Shown here piece by piece: positions 14,174 through 25,643 of a DNA stretch of 55,410 bases. Under the pieces are notes generated by a model. The model ran no database searches, was not told the DNA's origin, and saw only the letters and a program-made list of their open reading frames with translations. The first letter of the stretch is position 1. The number at the start of each line of letters is the position of its first letter. A program made the translations under genes and the position numbers. Source of the DNA: Girardia tigrina (taxonomy: Eukaryota); the NCBI GenBank assembly GCA_001938485.1, contig MQRK01181958.1, forward strand, positions 4,824 to 60,233. Direction: 5' to 3'.

Positions 14174-15453
14174 TGTTGGGTTGTGCAAAAAGTCATTGCG
14201 TTTTTGAGTACGTCCTAATAAAAGCTTGAAAATATAAAACGATGTGATAAAATTTAAATTCAATTATATATTCTCAAACCTTAATTTTCAAACTACGTTT
14301 ATACAAAATATTAATTGATTTTGTTTTAATTTATTACTTTACCGGCAATTCGAAATGGAAAATCAAAATGAGCATATTCGTCATGTTTTGTTGCATTATT
14401 TTAGCAAAGGGAAAACCTCTGTGCAAGCTCATAAGAAGGTATGTTTTGTATATGGTAGTGACTCCTTAAAACTTCGACAGTGTCAAAACTGGTTTTCTAA
14501 ATTTCGTTCTGAAAAATTTCATCTGAAAAATGCACCACGCTCCGGTCGACCAGTTGAAGTTGATGGCGACAAAATAACAGCACTGATCAAATCTAATCCA
14601 CGTATGACGACAAGAGAAGTTGCAGAGACTCTGGAAATATCAAAATCAAGTGTTGGAAGTCATTTAAAGAAACTTGAATTCGTCAGTAAACTCGATATGT
14701 GGTAACCACATGAACTGAAAGAAATTCATTTGGGGAAACGTATAGACATTTGCGATTCCCTTTTGAAGCGAGAACAAAGTGATCCATTTTTGAAGCGCTT
14801 GATTACGGGTGACGAAAATGGATTGTTTACAACAATTTGGAACGCCGACGATTATGAACAAAATGTGGTGAGCCTGGCAAAACGATCCCAAAAGCAGAAA
14901 TTCACCAAAAGAAGGTTATGCTTTCCGTCTGGTGGGATTTTAAAGGAATTGTGTTTTTTGAACTCCTTCCGAGGAATGAAACCATCAATTCAGACAGATA
15001 TTGTGGTCAGCTGGAGAAATTGGCTCATTCAATTCAACAGGAACGTCCTGAATTGGCAAATCGAAAAGGAGTTGTAATTTAGTATGATAACGCAAGACCG
15101 TATACAAGTTTGACCACTCGCCAGAAACTCTTATCACTGGGTTGGGAGGTTTTGCCGCACCCACCGTATTCTCCATACTTGGCGCCATCGGATTTTAACT
15201 TATTTAGATCACTGCAGAATTCCTTAAACTGAAAAACATTCGCCAGTGATGATGATATCAAATCGTTCCTAGACGGCTTTTTTGCTGACAAAGGCAAAGG
15301 TTTTTTATGAATCAGGAATAATGAAGCTACCGTAAAGGTGGAAGAAAGTGATTGAAAATAATGGACAGTATATCGTGTAAAAATATTTGTACATCCAAGT
15401 CATTTTTTGATAATAAACATTTTAGTAAAAAACGCAATGACTTTTTGACCAAC

Positions 15454-15459
<6 letters not shown>
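14174..15459 (+). mobile_element. Full-length inactive mariner element (mellifera-subfamily-like)
   Basis: ~32-bp TIRs (T.TTGGGTTG..CAAAAAGTCATTGCGTTTTT) with TA flanks. Transposase 14355-15380 has QCQNWF.KFRS, RSGRP, W*PHEL, ITGDE, DNARP and HPPYSPYLAPSDF, with stops and frameshifts. Confidence 0.93.

Positions 15460-15501
<42 letters not shown>
15458..15501. repeat. (TA)n microsatellite at the mariner right end
   Basis: About 21 TA units. Confidence 0.9.
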
Positions 15502-15502
<1 letters not shown>

Positions 15503-16170
15503 CCAACATAGCATACATAGAAAAATGAAAAATAACCAATAAAATATTACATGCATTTCATTTGTCAACGGCATGAAATTTTTATAAGGACATAAATATA
15601 AAGATATAATAATAAAAATAAAAACATACACAAATGCATACACACAAACAATTTAACAACACACCTCATGCATACAATTTTTTAAAATTTATTAAGGACA
15701 TTTAACGTTTTACTAGAGGAAATTAAAATTAAAATATACAAATATTTTTAATTTTTTCTAAAAAATCCATAAAATAAAATAAAAGAATGGATATTTATTA
15801 CTGGAACTGGTACTCTAAGGAACAGCAAAATAAACATGAAACACAAGAAAATAGGAAATTTGGTGTCTTTTTCAAATAGTGAAAATGACAAGAATCGAAT
15901 AATTTAATTTGAGGACGCTTAATAAATCTTCATACAACATTCACGAAATATTCCTCAAATGATCGTCATTTATTATTTATATACAGAACAAAATCAGAAA
16001 ATAATAGGCAAATATTCATCAAATTTTATTTAATAATAACAGAGATCTGTTACTCTGAACAAACCTGTTGGGATACTGAAATAAAATATATTAACAATAT
16101 GTATAAATATTTTAAAAAATCAGTGACCATTGTGTATTGACCTATAAAAAAAATAAATAAAATATATATG

Positions 16171-16389
16171 ATAATAATAAAATATAAAGAGTCGAATGAT
16201 GCATAATCCGTTTTTTTTCTTTTTTCTTTGGATATCTCCACTTTTAGTAAAAATTCCACAGAACAATAATAAATATTTATTCCAAATAAATTATAATGAT
16301 AATTATAAAAACAATCTTTATTTAAATCGATTTTTTAAATCTTTTATATTTAATTTTCATATTTATATAATATAAGGAAGGTCACTACA
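16171..16389. repeat. Direct repeat, copy 1 (block A then block B)
   Basis: Block B (16218-16389) recurs at 36240-36412; block A (16171-16215) recurs at 36413-36457. Confidence 0.85.
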
Positions 16390-16568
16390 CTAGCCCCCTT
16401 ATTGAAAGTAGAGCGTTACTTTGTTTCAAAAACTTTGAAAATTATGTTCGAATCTTGATTTGATTTTGTTACGGACTTCATTATTTAAATGTGTGAAATC
16501 AAATTTCTCAAATGGTTTTTTTGCACAAAATCTGATTCGTTTCTGGTTTACAATTGTTTCAATGCCAT

Positions 16569-17240
16569 TTATGATGAAATAGAAAGAATTTTTTGATTTT
16601 TCACAATTTCGTATGGTCCGCCGAATCTGTCAGTTATGTTATCTCTGACTAAAGCTCCAAAGTCAGAGAAAGTGTTTCTAAATGTTTCATTGATTTCCTC
16701 AGTTAACAATTTGTTGATGTTCTTAATTTGACCTACGTAAGTGATGTTGTTAACTTGATTTTGTTTTTTTATAATTTGATGATATTCCTTTTGATAACCT
16801 TGTTTTATGCAACTGCTGATATCTGTGGGGAAAGCCGTCTCTTGATTTGAAATATTAATATTTGTTTGGCTAAGAACATGATTTTCTTTAATTTCTTCGT
16901 GTTGCATGTAATTGTCCTTGTGGGTTCTGGATGATAAATTTTCAGTCGAAGTGGTCTATACTGTCGTGTTCTGAAAAGTTTTGTTTAAAGTTTTAACGTC
17001 AGTTTGAGAAATATGTAAAATTTTGTGTTCTGAATTCATTGGACTTAACAAATGTGTTGTGGTATGTGTTACATTAGGAGAAGAAAGACTCTGGGATTTT
17101 GTAATAGCCACCTCGTTTAATGTTTGAGCAGTAGTATTAGAACTATTATTACTAGAAGATTGTGAAGAAGATTGAAGAGTTGCTGTTAATCCAGCGAATG
17201 TAACCCACGGTGCTGCAGTGGTCGAATCAGCAGACCCCGG
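16569..17240 (-). pseudogene. boule: 3' part of boule-like pseudogene (low-complexity C-terminus)
   Basis: Removing the Polinton and one TSD copy gives ...MASIQNR-PG-SADSTTAAPW... in frame. After an in-frame TAG at 16958-16956 the same frame continues into the 16907-16569 ORF. Confidence 0.7.
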
Positions 17241-17505
17241 AGTAGTATAATAATGGGCCATATAGCTCACCACCCAAGAACCCAAGAAAAAAATAAAAAA
17301 ATATATTTTATAAAATAGATAAAATAGATAAATAGAAAAAAGTAGATAAATAGAAAAAAAAATTAAAGTCCTGAAAAAAAAAATAAAAAAAAAAAATCAT
17401 GAAATTGGTCAAAAATGCCTGTTGAAACTCTTTGCAAAAAATTGGGATTTTTGGGTAGTGTTATAATTTTTTAACTCAGACCCAAAGAGGTACCTAAAAG
17501 CTATT
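17241..17505 (+). repeat. Polinton left TIR
   Basis: Reverse complement of 35045-35309; one substitution seen, plus 3 Ns in the right copy. Confidence 0.95.
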
Positions 17506-17547
17506 TTTATAATTTTTCAAAGTACAAAAAAAATTTGAAATAAAAAA

Positions 17548-20500
17548 ATGACTGAAAAAAAATCGAACAAATCGAATCCAAAGAAGAGAAGAACTGTTGT
17601 GAGTTTGGATCCAAGTGTGGATCGACCAATAGATTATGATATTAATGGAGAACAAGAATCTCCAATTACATTGGCGCCTCCACCGCCATTATTTCCACCT
17701 CCATTATCGGCAATAATACATCCTCCAGAAGCAGAAATAAATCCTAATTGGGATAATCCATTATATTGTCGATTATGCGATAAATTATTTCAAAATAAAA
17801 CCGGATTAATATCTCATAAAAAAAGTAATGCACATATCCGAAAAGAAACTAATGATATTAGTATAAAAATTGAAGATGTAGAAATATTTCATAATTTAAA
17901 AGAGGATATTATTGATCTTGAATATTATTTCGAAGAAGATGATAAAAAAGTAATATTCTATGAAGATATTACTCGATTAATTGATGTCTACGATGATCTG
18001 GATGAACGGTTGAAATTTCCAATTCTTATTCACGTTTCCTTAAAAGTTGAATTTATTAAAGGGGAAGAAATAATTGAAAAGGAAATCAGTTTACCGGCAA
18101 GAAGATTATTGACTCAAAGACGAATGAACCGTCATATAAGACATCTACCGGGAAGATTAAATGAAAAAATACGTGAATGTGAATTACGCGGATCTGGATT
18201 TAGTATTCACAAAATTGTTAAAATAAATATTAGAATATCTCCCTATAAAAATTCCACTTCAGGTATTTTTCTTGATCCGCCAGATCGGTTGAAAAATTCC
18301 CATAGTATTATCAATATTCAAAATAAAGATGACAAATGTTTTCTCTGGTGTTTTGTCGCACATACGATGCGATATCGATTAAAGCGAATAATAAATAAAT
18401 CACGAGTTTCCAATTATACCAGAGAAACGAATCCAAGAAAAAGTATTTCGATGATATTTTCAAAAATGATATCAATTTCCCAACAAAATTGGAAGATATA
18501 AAAATATTTAATAAAAGAGTTACAGAAGAAAATAAAGCCAATGTTTTTGAAGTGGATTACCAGGGAAATGTATTACCGGTTTTAATCTCTCATCTCAATG
18601 TTAAAGGATTCAATATTTTATTTTATTCCCAGAAAATCAATGACGAGATAAAAACTCATTTTGTATATTGTAGAAATATCAGAAGATTTCTGGCTTGTAA
18701 ATATTATTTATGTCTGAATTGTATGTGCCAATTTAAGTTAGAATCCACTTATCAAAAACATATGGATATTTGCCAAAATAATAAAGCGATTAAAGCTTCT
18801 TTCCCGAAAGATGAATATTATCAATTTAATAAATTCCATTATAAAATTAGAGTCCCTTTTGTGATTTACTGTGATTCGGAAGCATGGAATAAAAAATATA
18901 ATCCGAATGATAATGAAAATGATAATCCAGATAATAATTCATTTATAAAACATATTGATGTTAATTATAGAAATGATATTAATTATAAAAAGAAAAAAGA
19001 AAATAATATTAATTATAAAAAGAAAATTGTGGATAAACGTATTGATGTTGATGATTATAAAAAGAAAAAAGGAGATGTTAATTTCACTATAAAATACACT
19101 CAAAAACCATGGGCTTTCGGATTGTATTTTCATAGTGATATCCCAGAAATACAACAAGACTACTATCAAGAATTTATCGGTGAAAATGTTGTACATAAAT
19201 TCGTTAATTATCTTTTGGATTTAAATAAAAAATTCGAAAAAATATTAAAAACAGAAATCCCTATAAAAATAAGTCCGGAACAGGAACAAGAATTCCAAGA
19301 TTCAAATAATTGCCATTTTTGTGGAGAAGATTTTCCAGAATTGGATCTTGAAGACGCAATGATATTGCAGCTAACAAACCAAACTCCGTCAATATTAAAA
19401 GTTAGAGATCATGATCACTTGACTGGCCAATATAGAGGTCCAGCCCATAGTAAGTGTAATTTGCAAGCCAAGAAAATAAATTTTATTCCAGTGTTTTTTT
19501 TCAATAATGCGCGTTATGATAACCATTTATTTATTTCGGAATTACTGGCGGAATGCAATAGGAGAGAAATCGAATACACAGTTTTGGCAAAAACCAGTGA
19601 AAATTATATCAGCTTTCAAGTTGGCTGTCTTCGGTTTCTCGATGCGTATAATTTCCTTGGTCCCAAAAGTTTGGAATCGTGCGGAGCACAATTGAAAGCA
19701 GAAGAATGTAAAATTCTTCAAGAACATAATCTTTTATTTCATAACGTGAAAAAAAACAAATGGGAAGCAAAAAAGGGAATATTTCCTTATGATTATATTA
19801 AAGGTAATAATTATTCAAATATTAAAAAAATACTCGATGAAACGGAATTACCTTCTCACGATAAATTCTTTAGTATTTTAAAAAATAAAAATATTTCAGA
19901 AGCGGATTATGAAATTGCAAAACAGAATTGGAAAGATTTCGAATGTAAAAATATGAAAGATTTCGTGCTAAAATACATGAAGACCGATGTATTATTATTG
20001 GCTGATCTGTTTGAAAATTTTAGGAATATGTGTATAGAATATTATCAAATTGATCCATGTTATTGTTATTCAACTCCAGGATTTGCTTTTCAAGCGGGTA
20101 TGAAATTTACCAATCAAAAATTAAAATATTTCACTGAAGAAACATATGATATGTTATTATTTTACGAAAAAGGGACAAGAGGAGGTATGACTGGAGTTTT
20201 TGGGAATAGACACGTTATTTGTCGTAATAAAAAAGTTGATAAAGATTTCAATTTCTTTACTATTTTATCATTTGAAGAATCACGTAAACTTATAGATGAA
20301 TTTGATGATTATGAAGATAAATCACAATTAGACTGGAATAAATATTTCTCGTCAAATTTTCTTTTTCATCTTGACGAAAATAGTTTATACGCAACATGTA
20401 TGAGATTCAAATTACCAACTGGTGAAATGGCTTGGTCGAGAAATCATCAATACAAAAAATCCGATGAAAATAGTAAATACGGATATGTTTACGAAGTTGA

Positions 20501-21566
20501 TCTGGAATATCCAGATTCAATAAAAAAACGAACATTCTATTATCCGTTATGTCCAGAGAAAAAAATTCCAAATATTCCCAAAGATGAAATGACTGAATAC
20601 GAAAAGTCATTTACTCCGGAAAATTATTATCCCCGAGAAAAATTAATGATGACTCAGGGAAATAAATTAAATTATATAGTTGAGGGAAGAACTTTAGATA
20701 TGTACTTAGATCAAGGAATGATATTAAAAAAAATTCATAAAAAATTAAAATATAAAAAATCTGATTGGTTAAGACCATTTATTGATTTCAATGTTAAAAA
20801 ACGAATGGAATATCCAAAAAATACTTTTGGTAATTTCTTTTTCAAATTATTAAATAATGCATTTTATGGTACAACATTAGAAAATGTTAGAAAATATTGT
20901 AATATAGAAATAGTTAATAATATTGAAAGATATAAAAGACTAGCGGGAAAAATGAATTACAAATCTTTTACTCCTTTTAATTCAAAACTATGTGCGGTAG
21001 AAATGAATAAGCAGTCTATTCATTTTAATAAATTTAATTATGTAGGATTTACCATTTTAGAGTTATCTAAACTTATAATGTACAAATTTGTTTATGAAGT
21101 TCTGGATAAAATTTGGAACTTCGAATCTGGTCAAGTGAAAATCCACTATGGAGACACAGATTCAATATTCGTTGAAATTCAGGACGAATATGAGAATATC
21201 CAGAAAAAATTATTCAATCATCTTCATGATTCGGAACTTGGAAAAATGAAGAATGAATTAGGCGATAAAGAATTTATCAAGGAAGCCGTTTTCCTGAAAT
21301 CAAAAGATTATGCATATAAATACATAAATATTATAACCGGTGAAACCAGAGAATCTGATCGGATTAAAGGAATTACAAATGGAGGAATCTCATTAGAAGA
21401 TAGAAAAAAACTTCTATATTGCAAAACTTGGATATTTCGCGATCAAATTCGAATTCAGGCGAAACGCCATCAAATAAATGTTATCGAATCCAATAAATTG
21501 GCAACATGCAATTTTGACGACAAAAGAAGATATAAAGATAGTATTCATAGTTTTCCTTTTAGTTAA
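17548..21566 (+). CDS. polB: Protein-primed family B DNA polymerase, one gene with a frameshift near 18425-18440
   Basis: N-part: C2H2 finger CRLC...H..SNAH, ELRGSGF, IINIQNKDDKCFLWC. C-part: INFP, ExoI VIYCDSE, EndoVII-like CHFC...VRDHDHLTGQYRGPAHSKCN, ExoII NNARYD, KGIFPYDY, ExoIII Y...DVLLL, DENSLY, KLLNNAFYG, YGDTDS, FDDKR. Confidence 0.95.
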
Positions 21567-21639
21567 AAAAATGAATAAAAAATTTAAAATGACTAACAAT
21601 TTATATATATATATAATTTTTATTTCACATAGATAATAT

Positions 21640-21677
21640 AATAAAATAGCTATTCTTCGGAATAGCTTTTAAGTACC
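21640..21677 (+). terminator. Putative 3'-end signal: AATAAA + AGCTATTC-TTCG-GAATAGCT hairpin (copy 1)
   Basis: About 75 bp after the polB stop; near-identical to 35024-35061. The function is inferred. Confidence 0.5.
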
Positions 21678-21714
21678 CGATAGTTTCAAATGTTATTTTA
21701 TTTTAAAGAAAAAA

Positions 21715-22323
21715 ATGAGTAAAAAAAATTTGCTTGATTATGATAATATAAAAAAACTTGAGGATCTGGATTTGAATCTCATTAAAGAAGATGCACGAGC
21801 CAACGTACTTAATTTGAGATATCAAAGATATTATAAATGGATGGAAGATTATGAAAGAAATATGAATACTGGACTTAAACATAAAGATATCTGTAAAAAA
21901 ATTGGAACTACTCCATATAAATATTCAAGAGCTTTACAAGAATTGAATGTTCCATCCTTGAATAGATATGATAATCGTCTTAAATCGAAAAATAAAAAGA
22001 AAATTCAAGAGATAGTGGAATCGGAATCGAAACCGAAATCAAAATCAAAACCAAAATCAAAAAAAGAAGTTGAAATTGGAAAGGGAAAAGAAAAACCAAA
22101 ATTTACCCTGGAAGAAATAAATGAAAAAATTAAAAATGAAAATCGTGAAAGAATGTTGAAAATATTAGAAGAAAGAAATTCAAATTATCTTAAAGAAAAT
22201 AAACAGGTTGTTTCAGGAAATGAGACGGAATCTGAAGCAGAAGAGCTAGCTATATTTAATCAGGAACAAATAGCTAAAAATATTAAAACAGATATGGATA
22301 TTTTATCAGGTAAAATTGTTTAA
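21715..22323 (+). CDS. Polinton hypothetical protein, possible HTH
   Basis: 202-aa ORF with AAAAATG start; GLKHKDICKKIGTTPYKYSRALQEL has HTH-like spacing. Confidence 0.7.
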   Translation: MSKKNLLDYDNIKKLEDLDLNLIKEDARANVLNLRYQRYYKWMEDYERNMNTGLKHKDICKKIGTTPYKYSRALQELNVPSLNRYDNRLKSKNKKKIQEIVESESKPKSKSKPKSKKEVEIGKGKEKPKFTLEEINEKIKNENRERMLKILEERNSNYLKENKQVVSGNETESEAEELAIFNQEQIAKNIKTDMDILSGKIV

Positions 22324-22331
22324 TAATAAAA

Positions 22332-22502
22332 ATGGAGTTAGAAACGAAATTTATAAGAGAATTAATAAGTAATATTATTGGTGCTAATAAAGTTTATAAT
22401 AATAGGATTATAGAGTTGCAAAAAACTAACATAATAATGATTATTTTCTTAATAGTAATTTGCTTATTATTGTTGATTTTGGTTTTTATATTATTTAAAT
22501 AA
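22332..22502 (+). CDS. 56-aa tail-anchored membrane microprotein (not in ORF track)
   Basis: MELETKFIRELISNIIGANKVYNNRIIELQKTNIIMIIFLIVICLLLLILVFILFK; AAAAATG start; fills the gap between its neighbours almost exactly. Confidence 0.65.
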   Translation: MELETKFIRELISNIIGANKVYNNRIIELQKTNIIMIIFLIVICLLLLILVFILFK

Positions 22503-22505
22503 AAA

Positions 22506-23021
22506 ATGAGTAACGAGATAGAAAAATTTTATAGGGAAGAAGAAGAAATAGGAAAAAAATTATTTATTGCAAAAAGGGCAAGTATAATAAAACATTATAA
22601 AGATGTTTATGATATAGATGTGTTAGAGTATTTCAATAATCCTGATTTTCTTAAAAAATTAGAAAAGGAGATAGAAAAAATACATACTAAATCTAATATT
22701 GATAATATTACATCATTGAAGGGAATGATAATCGATAAACAATTGAGTACTCTTGTGGAAAATAAAATGAAGGAAACTCTTATGGCAAGTATTCAGGGTA
22801 ATCAAGAATTGATGGAAAAATATCAACTTGTTGAAAAACGGAATCAGGAGTATGAGAAATTATTAATGAGAAATAAAATAAATACCAAATCAGTGGATGA
22901 GAGTGTGAAAGAATTCGCCACTAGTCTTGAAGTTGCTATTATTCCTAAAGAAACAAGTTCAATAGGAGATTTAATGAGAAGTTTGAATAAACAGTTGGCA
23001 GAAATTAGAAAGTTAAAATAA
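22506..23021 (+). CDS. Polinton hypothetical coiled-coil protein
   Basis: 171-aa ORF, AAAAATG start, helical charged composition. Confidence 0.7.
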   Translation: MSNEIEKFYREEEEIGKKLFIAKRASIIKHYKDVYDIDVLEYFNNPDFLKKLEKEIEKIHTKSNIDNITSLKGMIIDKQLSTLVENKMKETLMASIQGNQELMEKYQLVEKRNQEYEKLLMRNKINTKSVDESVKEFATSLEVAIIPKETSSIGDLMRSLNKQLAEIRKLK

Positions 23022-23217
23022 AATTGAATTCCAGTTCAAAGCAGTTCAAAACAGTTCAAAACAAAATACCTGAAAAAATGGGGTACTTTTAGCCTATCCA
23101 ATCACAATAAATCTCTATCTACGCGATAGTTATATAATAATTTTTATTTAAAAAAATGAATAGGTTTTAATTTTTTAAATAAAAATAAAAATATGGTTTT
23201 TTGATAAAAGATATATT

Positions 23218-24012
23218 TTAAATATTAGTATTATTTTCCAATGTCTTTTTATTTGGTGTTCCTTTTTTTCGTCCACCAGTTTTTACTCGTTTTTTAATTT
23301 TTATACAATTTTTATCATCATTGTTTAAAATTTTTACAATTTCTAACAATTCATTTTGCATATGCATAATCTTTTGATTTAATTCTTCCTTGGAAGGTGT
23401 ATTCAATGATGTGCGAGAATCTTTATTAACGCATTCCGATTCATCTTCATCTTTATAATCTTCTTCATCTTTATAATCTTTATCATCGTAATCATCATCA
23501 TCATAAAAATCATCCTTTTCTTTTTCGTTCTTATTAGTATTTTTTAATTCATTACATTTATTTATTAAAAATTTATTTTTCCATTCAAGATATTCAACTT
23601 CTTTTTTATACCTTTCTATATTTCTTTCATATTTTCTCTCATATGCATCATGAGAAAAATGCATTGCTGTATTACATTTTTTCAATTTCCGAAATTCATC
23701 TTTACAATTACTGCAAGCATGGAAATCGGGATTCTGACGCCAAACTTCGGATGCATATGCGCGTTTAAATTCATTTATAGATTTATCTTCTTCTTCCGAT
23801 TCAAATCCATGATATAATTTGAAAGAATTTTTATCAGCTTCAGGAGTTGGAGCTTTGGATTTAGGTGTACTTTTCGTTACTTCCGATTCAATATTTTCAT
23901 CGGATTCATCGATGATCTCCGATCTCTCGGTTATCATTTTTTTTTTAAATATTTTTTCTATTTTTTTTTCTTTGGATTGGAATTGTTTAAAATTTTTTTT
24001 ATTATCAGACAT
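23218..24012 (-). CDS. Hypothetical protein with CxxC, coiled coil, acidic tract and C-terminal GGRKKGTPNKKT motif
   Basis: Open frame; likely start MSDNKK (AAAATG context) at 24012. Confidence 0.72.
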   Translation of the reverse strand: MSDNKKNFKQFQSKEKKIEKIFKKKMITERSEIIDESDENIESEVTKSTPKSKAPTPEADKNSFKLYHGFESEEEDKSINEFKRAYASEVWRQNPDFHACSNCKDEFRKLKKCNTAMHFSHDAYERKYERNIERYKKEVEYLEWKNKFLINKCNELKNTNKNEKEKDDFYDDDDYDDKDYKDEEDYKDEDESECVNKDSRTSLNTPSKEELNQKIMHMQNELLEIVKILNNDDKNCIKIKKRVKTGGRKKGTPNKKTLENNTNI

Positions 24013-24081
24013 TTTGTATAAAAATATTTTTTTTGCATTTTCGAAATTTCCAATTTTCCAAATTTCCAATTTTCCAATTTC

Positions 24082-24528
24082 CTATTCCGAGCTCAAGTCT
24101 TCCGGGGCATTTTGGAAATTTGGAAAATTGGATAATAATTCTTCCTTATTTTTTTCTAATTTTTCTCTTGTTTTTTTATTTATTTGACCTTTTACTCTTC
24201 CTCCTCGTTTCGAAACCGAGGATAATTCACTTTCACAAATTGAATTATTTTCATCTTTTTGCATTAATCTCACCCTAAGATTATAATTATCACTTTCGTA
24301 TTGTTTTATAATTTCAGCCATATTTGTAATTTTATCTTCTAACCTTTTAATTTTATCGTCCTCCTGATTTCCTGTTTTATCTTTCATTATTGATTGCATT
24401 TCAATCGCTAATAATTTATATTCTTCAATCTTTTTCTCCGAATACGTCAACTCATTCATGTATCGTGTTTTGTAATGATCGCATTCAAGACATTTGTTCA
24501 TTAAAATATTTTTTCTTGTTTCACTCAT
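24082..24528 (-). CDS. Hypothetical protein with CxxC, coiled coil and GGRVKGQINKKT motif (likely paralog of its neighbour)
   Basis: Open frame; likely start MSETRK at 24528. Confidence 0.7.
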   Translation of the reverse strand: MSETRKNILMNKCLECDHYKTRYMNELTYSEKKIEEYKLLAIEMQSIMKDKTGNQEDDKIKRLEDKITNMAEIIKQYESDNYNLRVRLMQKDENNSICESELSSVSKRGGRVKGQINKKTREKLEKNKEELLSNFPNFQNAPEDLSSE

Positions 24529-24579
24529 TTTTTTAAAAATATTTTCAAAATTTTTCACCAAAAATTCGAAAAAATAAAA

Positions 24580-25489
24580 ATGAAGGAAAAACTCAATATT
24601 TTATCAATGTACGAGTCGAAATTCAAAAATAAACTGTTCCCAAAGAACTTTAGATTGTTAATAGTTGGTGAATCAGGTTGTGGTAAAAATGTTTTATTAA
24701 CAAAAATGTTATTAGAAGATGGATTTCTCGATTTCAACAATCTAATATTTTATTCTACAACTATTGATCAACCGGAATTGAAAGTTATTTCAAGTGGATT
24801 CCGTTTTGAAGATGGATCATCTTTAACAAAAGCTGGAATTCGTGATGTTTTCGAAAAACAGAAAATGTTATTAGAAATGAAAAAAGAAAGAATTAGGAAA
24901 TAATTCTGATAAAGATTATGTTCCTCCTCCGGAATATCTCGTTTATGCGTATAAAAGATTTATTATTAATAATAATAATATTGATAAATCAAAATATTTA
25001 ATCAGAGATCCTGAAAAGTCAATATCAGTCCTATTTTCAAGTGATCCCAATCAAATTGTTCCCTGTGATTCATTACCGAAAGATGCAAAGAATCTCATTA
25101 TTTTCGATGACGTGGTTAATTTGTCAGATCAGAAAATAATGAAATCGTATTTCACCAGGGGAAGACATAATAACTGTAATACGATATATATTTCCCAAAC
25201 TTTCTACGGATTGGATAAGCATTCTATCCGGAATAATTCCACTGGATTCATTTTTTTCGAATTAGGAAAAAGAGATAAATCTTATATCTTTTTTGATCTC
25301 TTACCCAATAGCGAAAATATTATTGAATATCAGCGGGAAATCATTCATCACTGGCAGCGTAAAAAATATAATTATATTTATTTTGATCGATCTGAGAAAA
25401 AAATATATAAAAATTTATTTACAGAAGAAGAAATAACAATCGAAAATCCGAATATGCACTCAGATATTGAAAATGGAGAAAGTGATTAA
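24580..25489 (+). CDS. A32/FtsK-like genome packaging ATPase, frameshift near 24880-24890
   Basis: Walker A LLIVGESGCGK, Walker B LIIFDDVV, FTRGRHNN...YISQ, IRNN. Removing one A from the A-run after ATG at ~24880 joins the two halves. Confidence 0.92.
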
Positions 25490-25643
25490 TAAAGTTAATA
25501 GCATTTAAAGGAATACACATTAAAAATATTATTCTTTTCTAACTGTTTTCCTTTATTATCATGTCTATAGAAAAATAGCTTGGTAGTATTGGAAATTTTT
25601 ATTGAAAAATAATTTGATTTAAAAAAATAAATTACTTTTCAAA

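Noticed and set aside
18420-18445. Programmed -1 frameshift in polB
   Set aside because: No in-frame X XXY YYZ heptamer or clear downstream structure; a 1-bp deletion is simpler.
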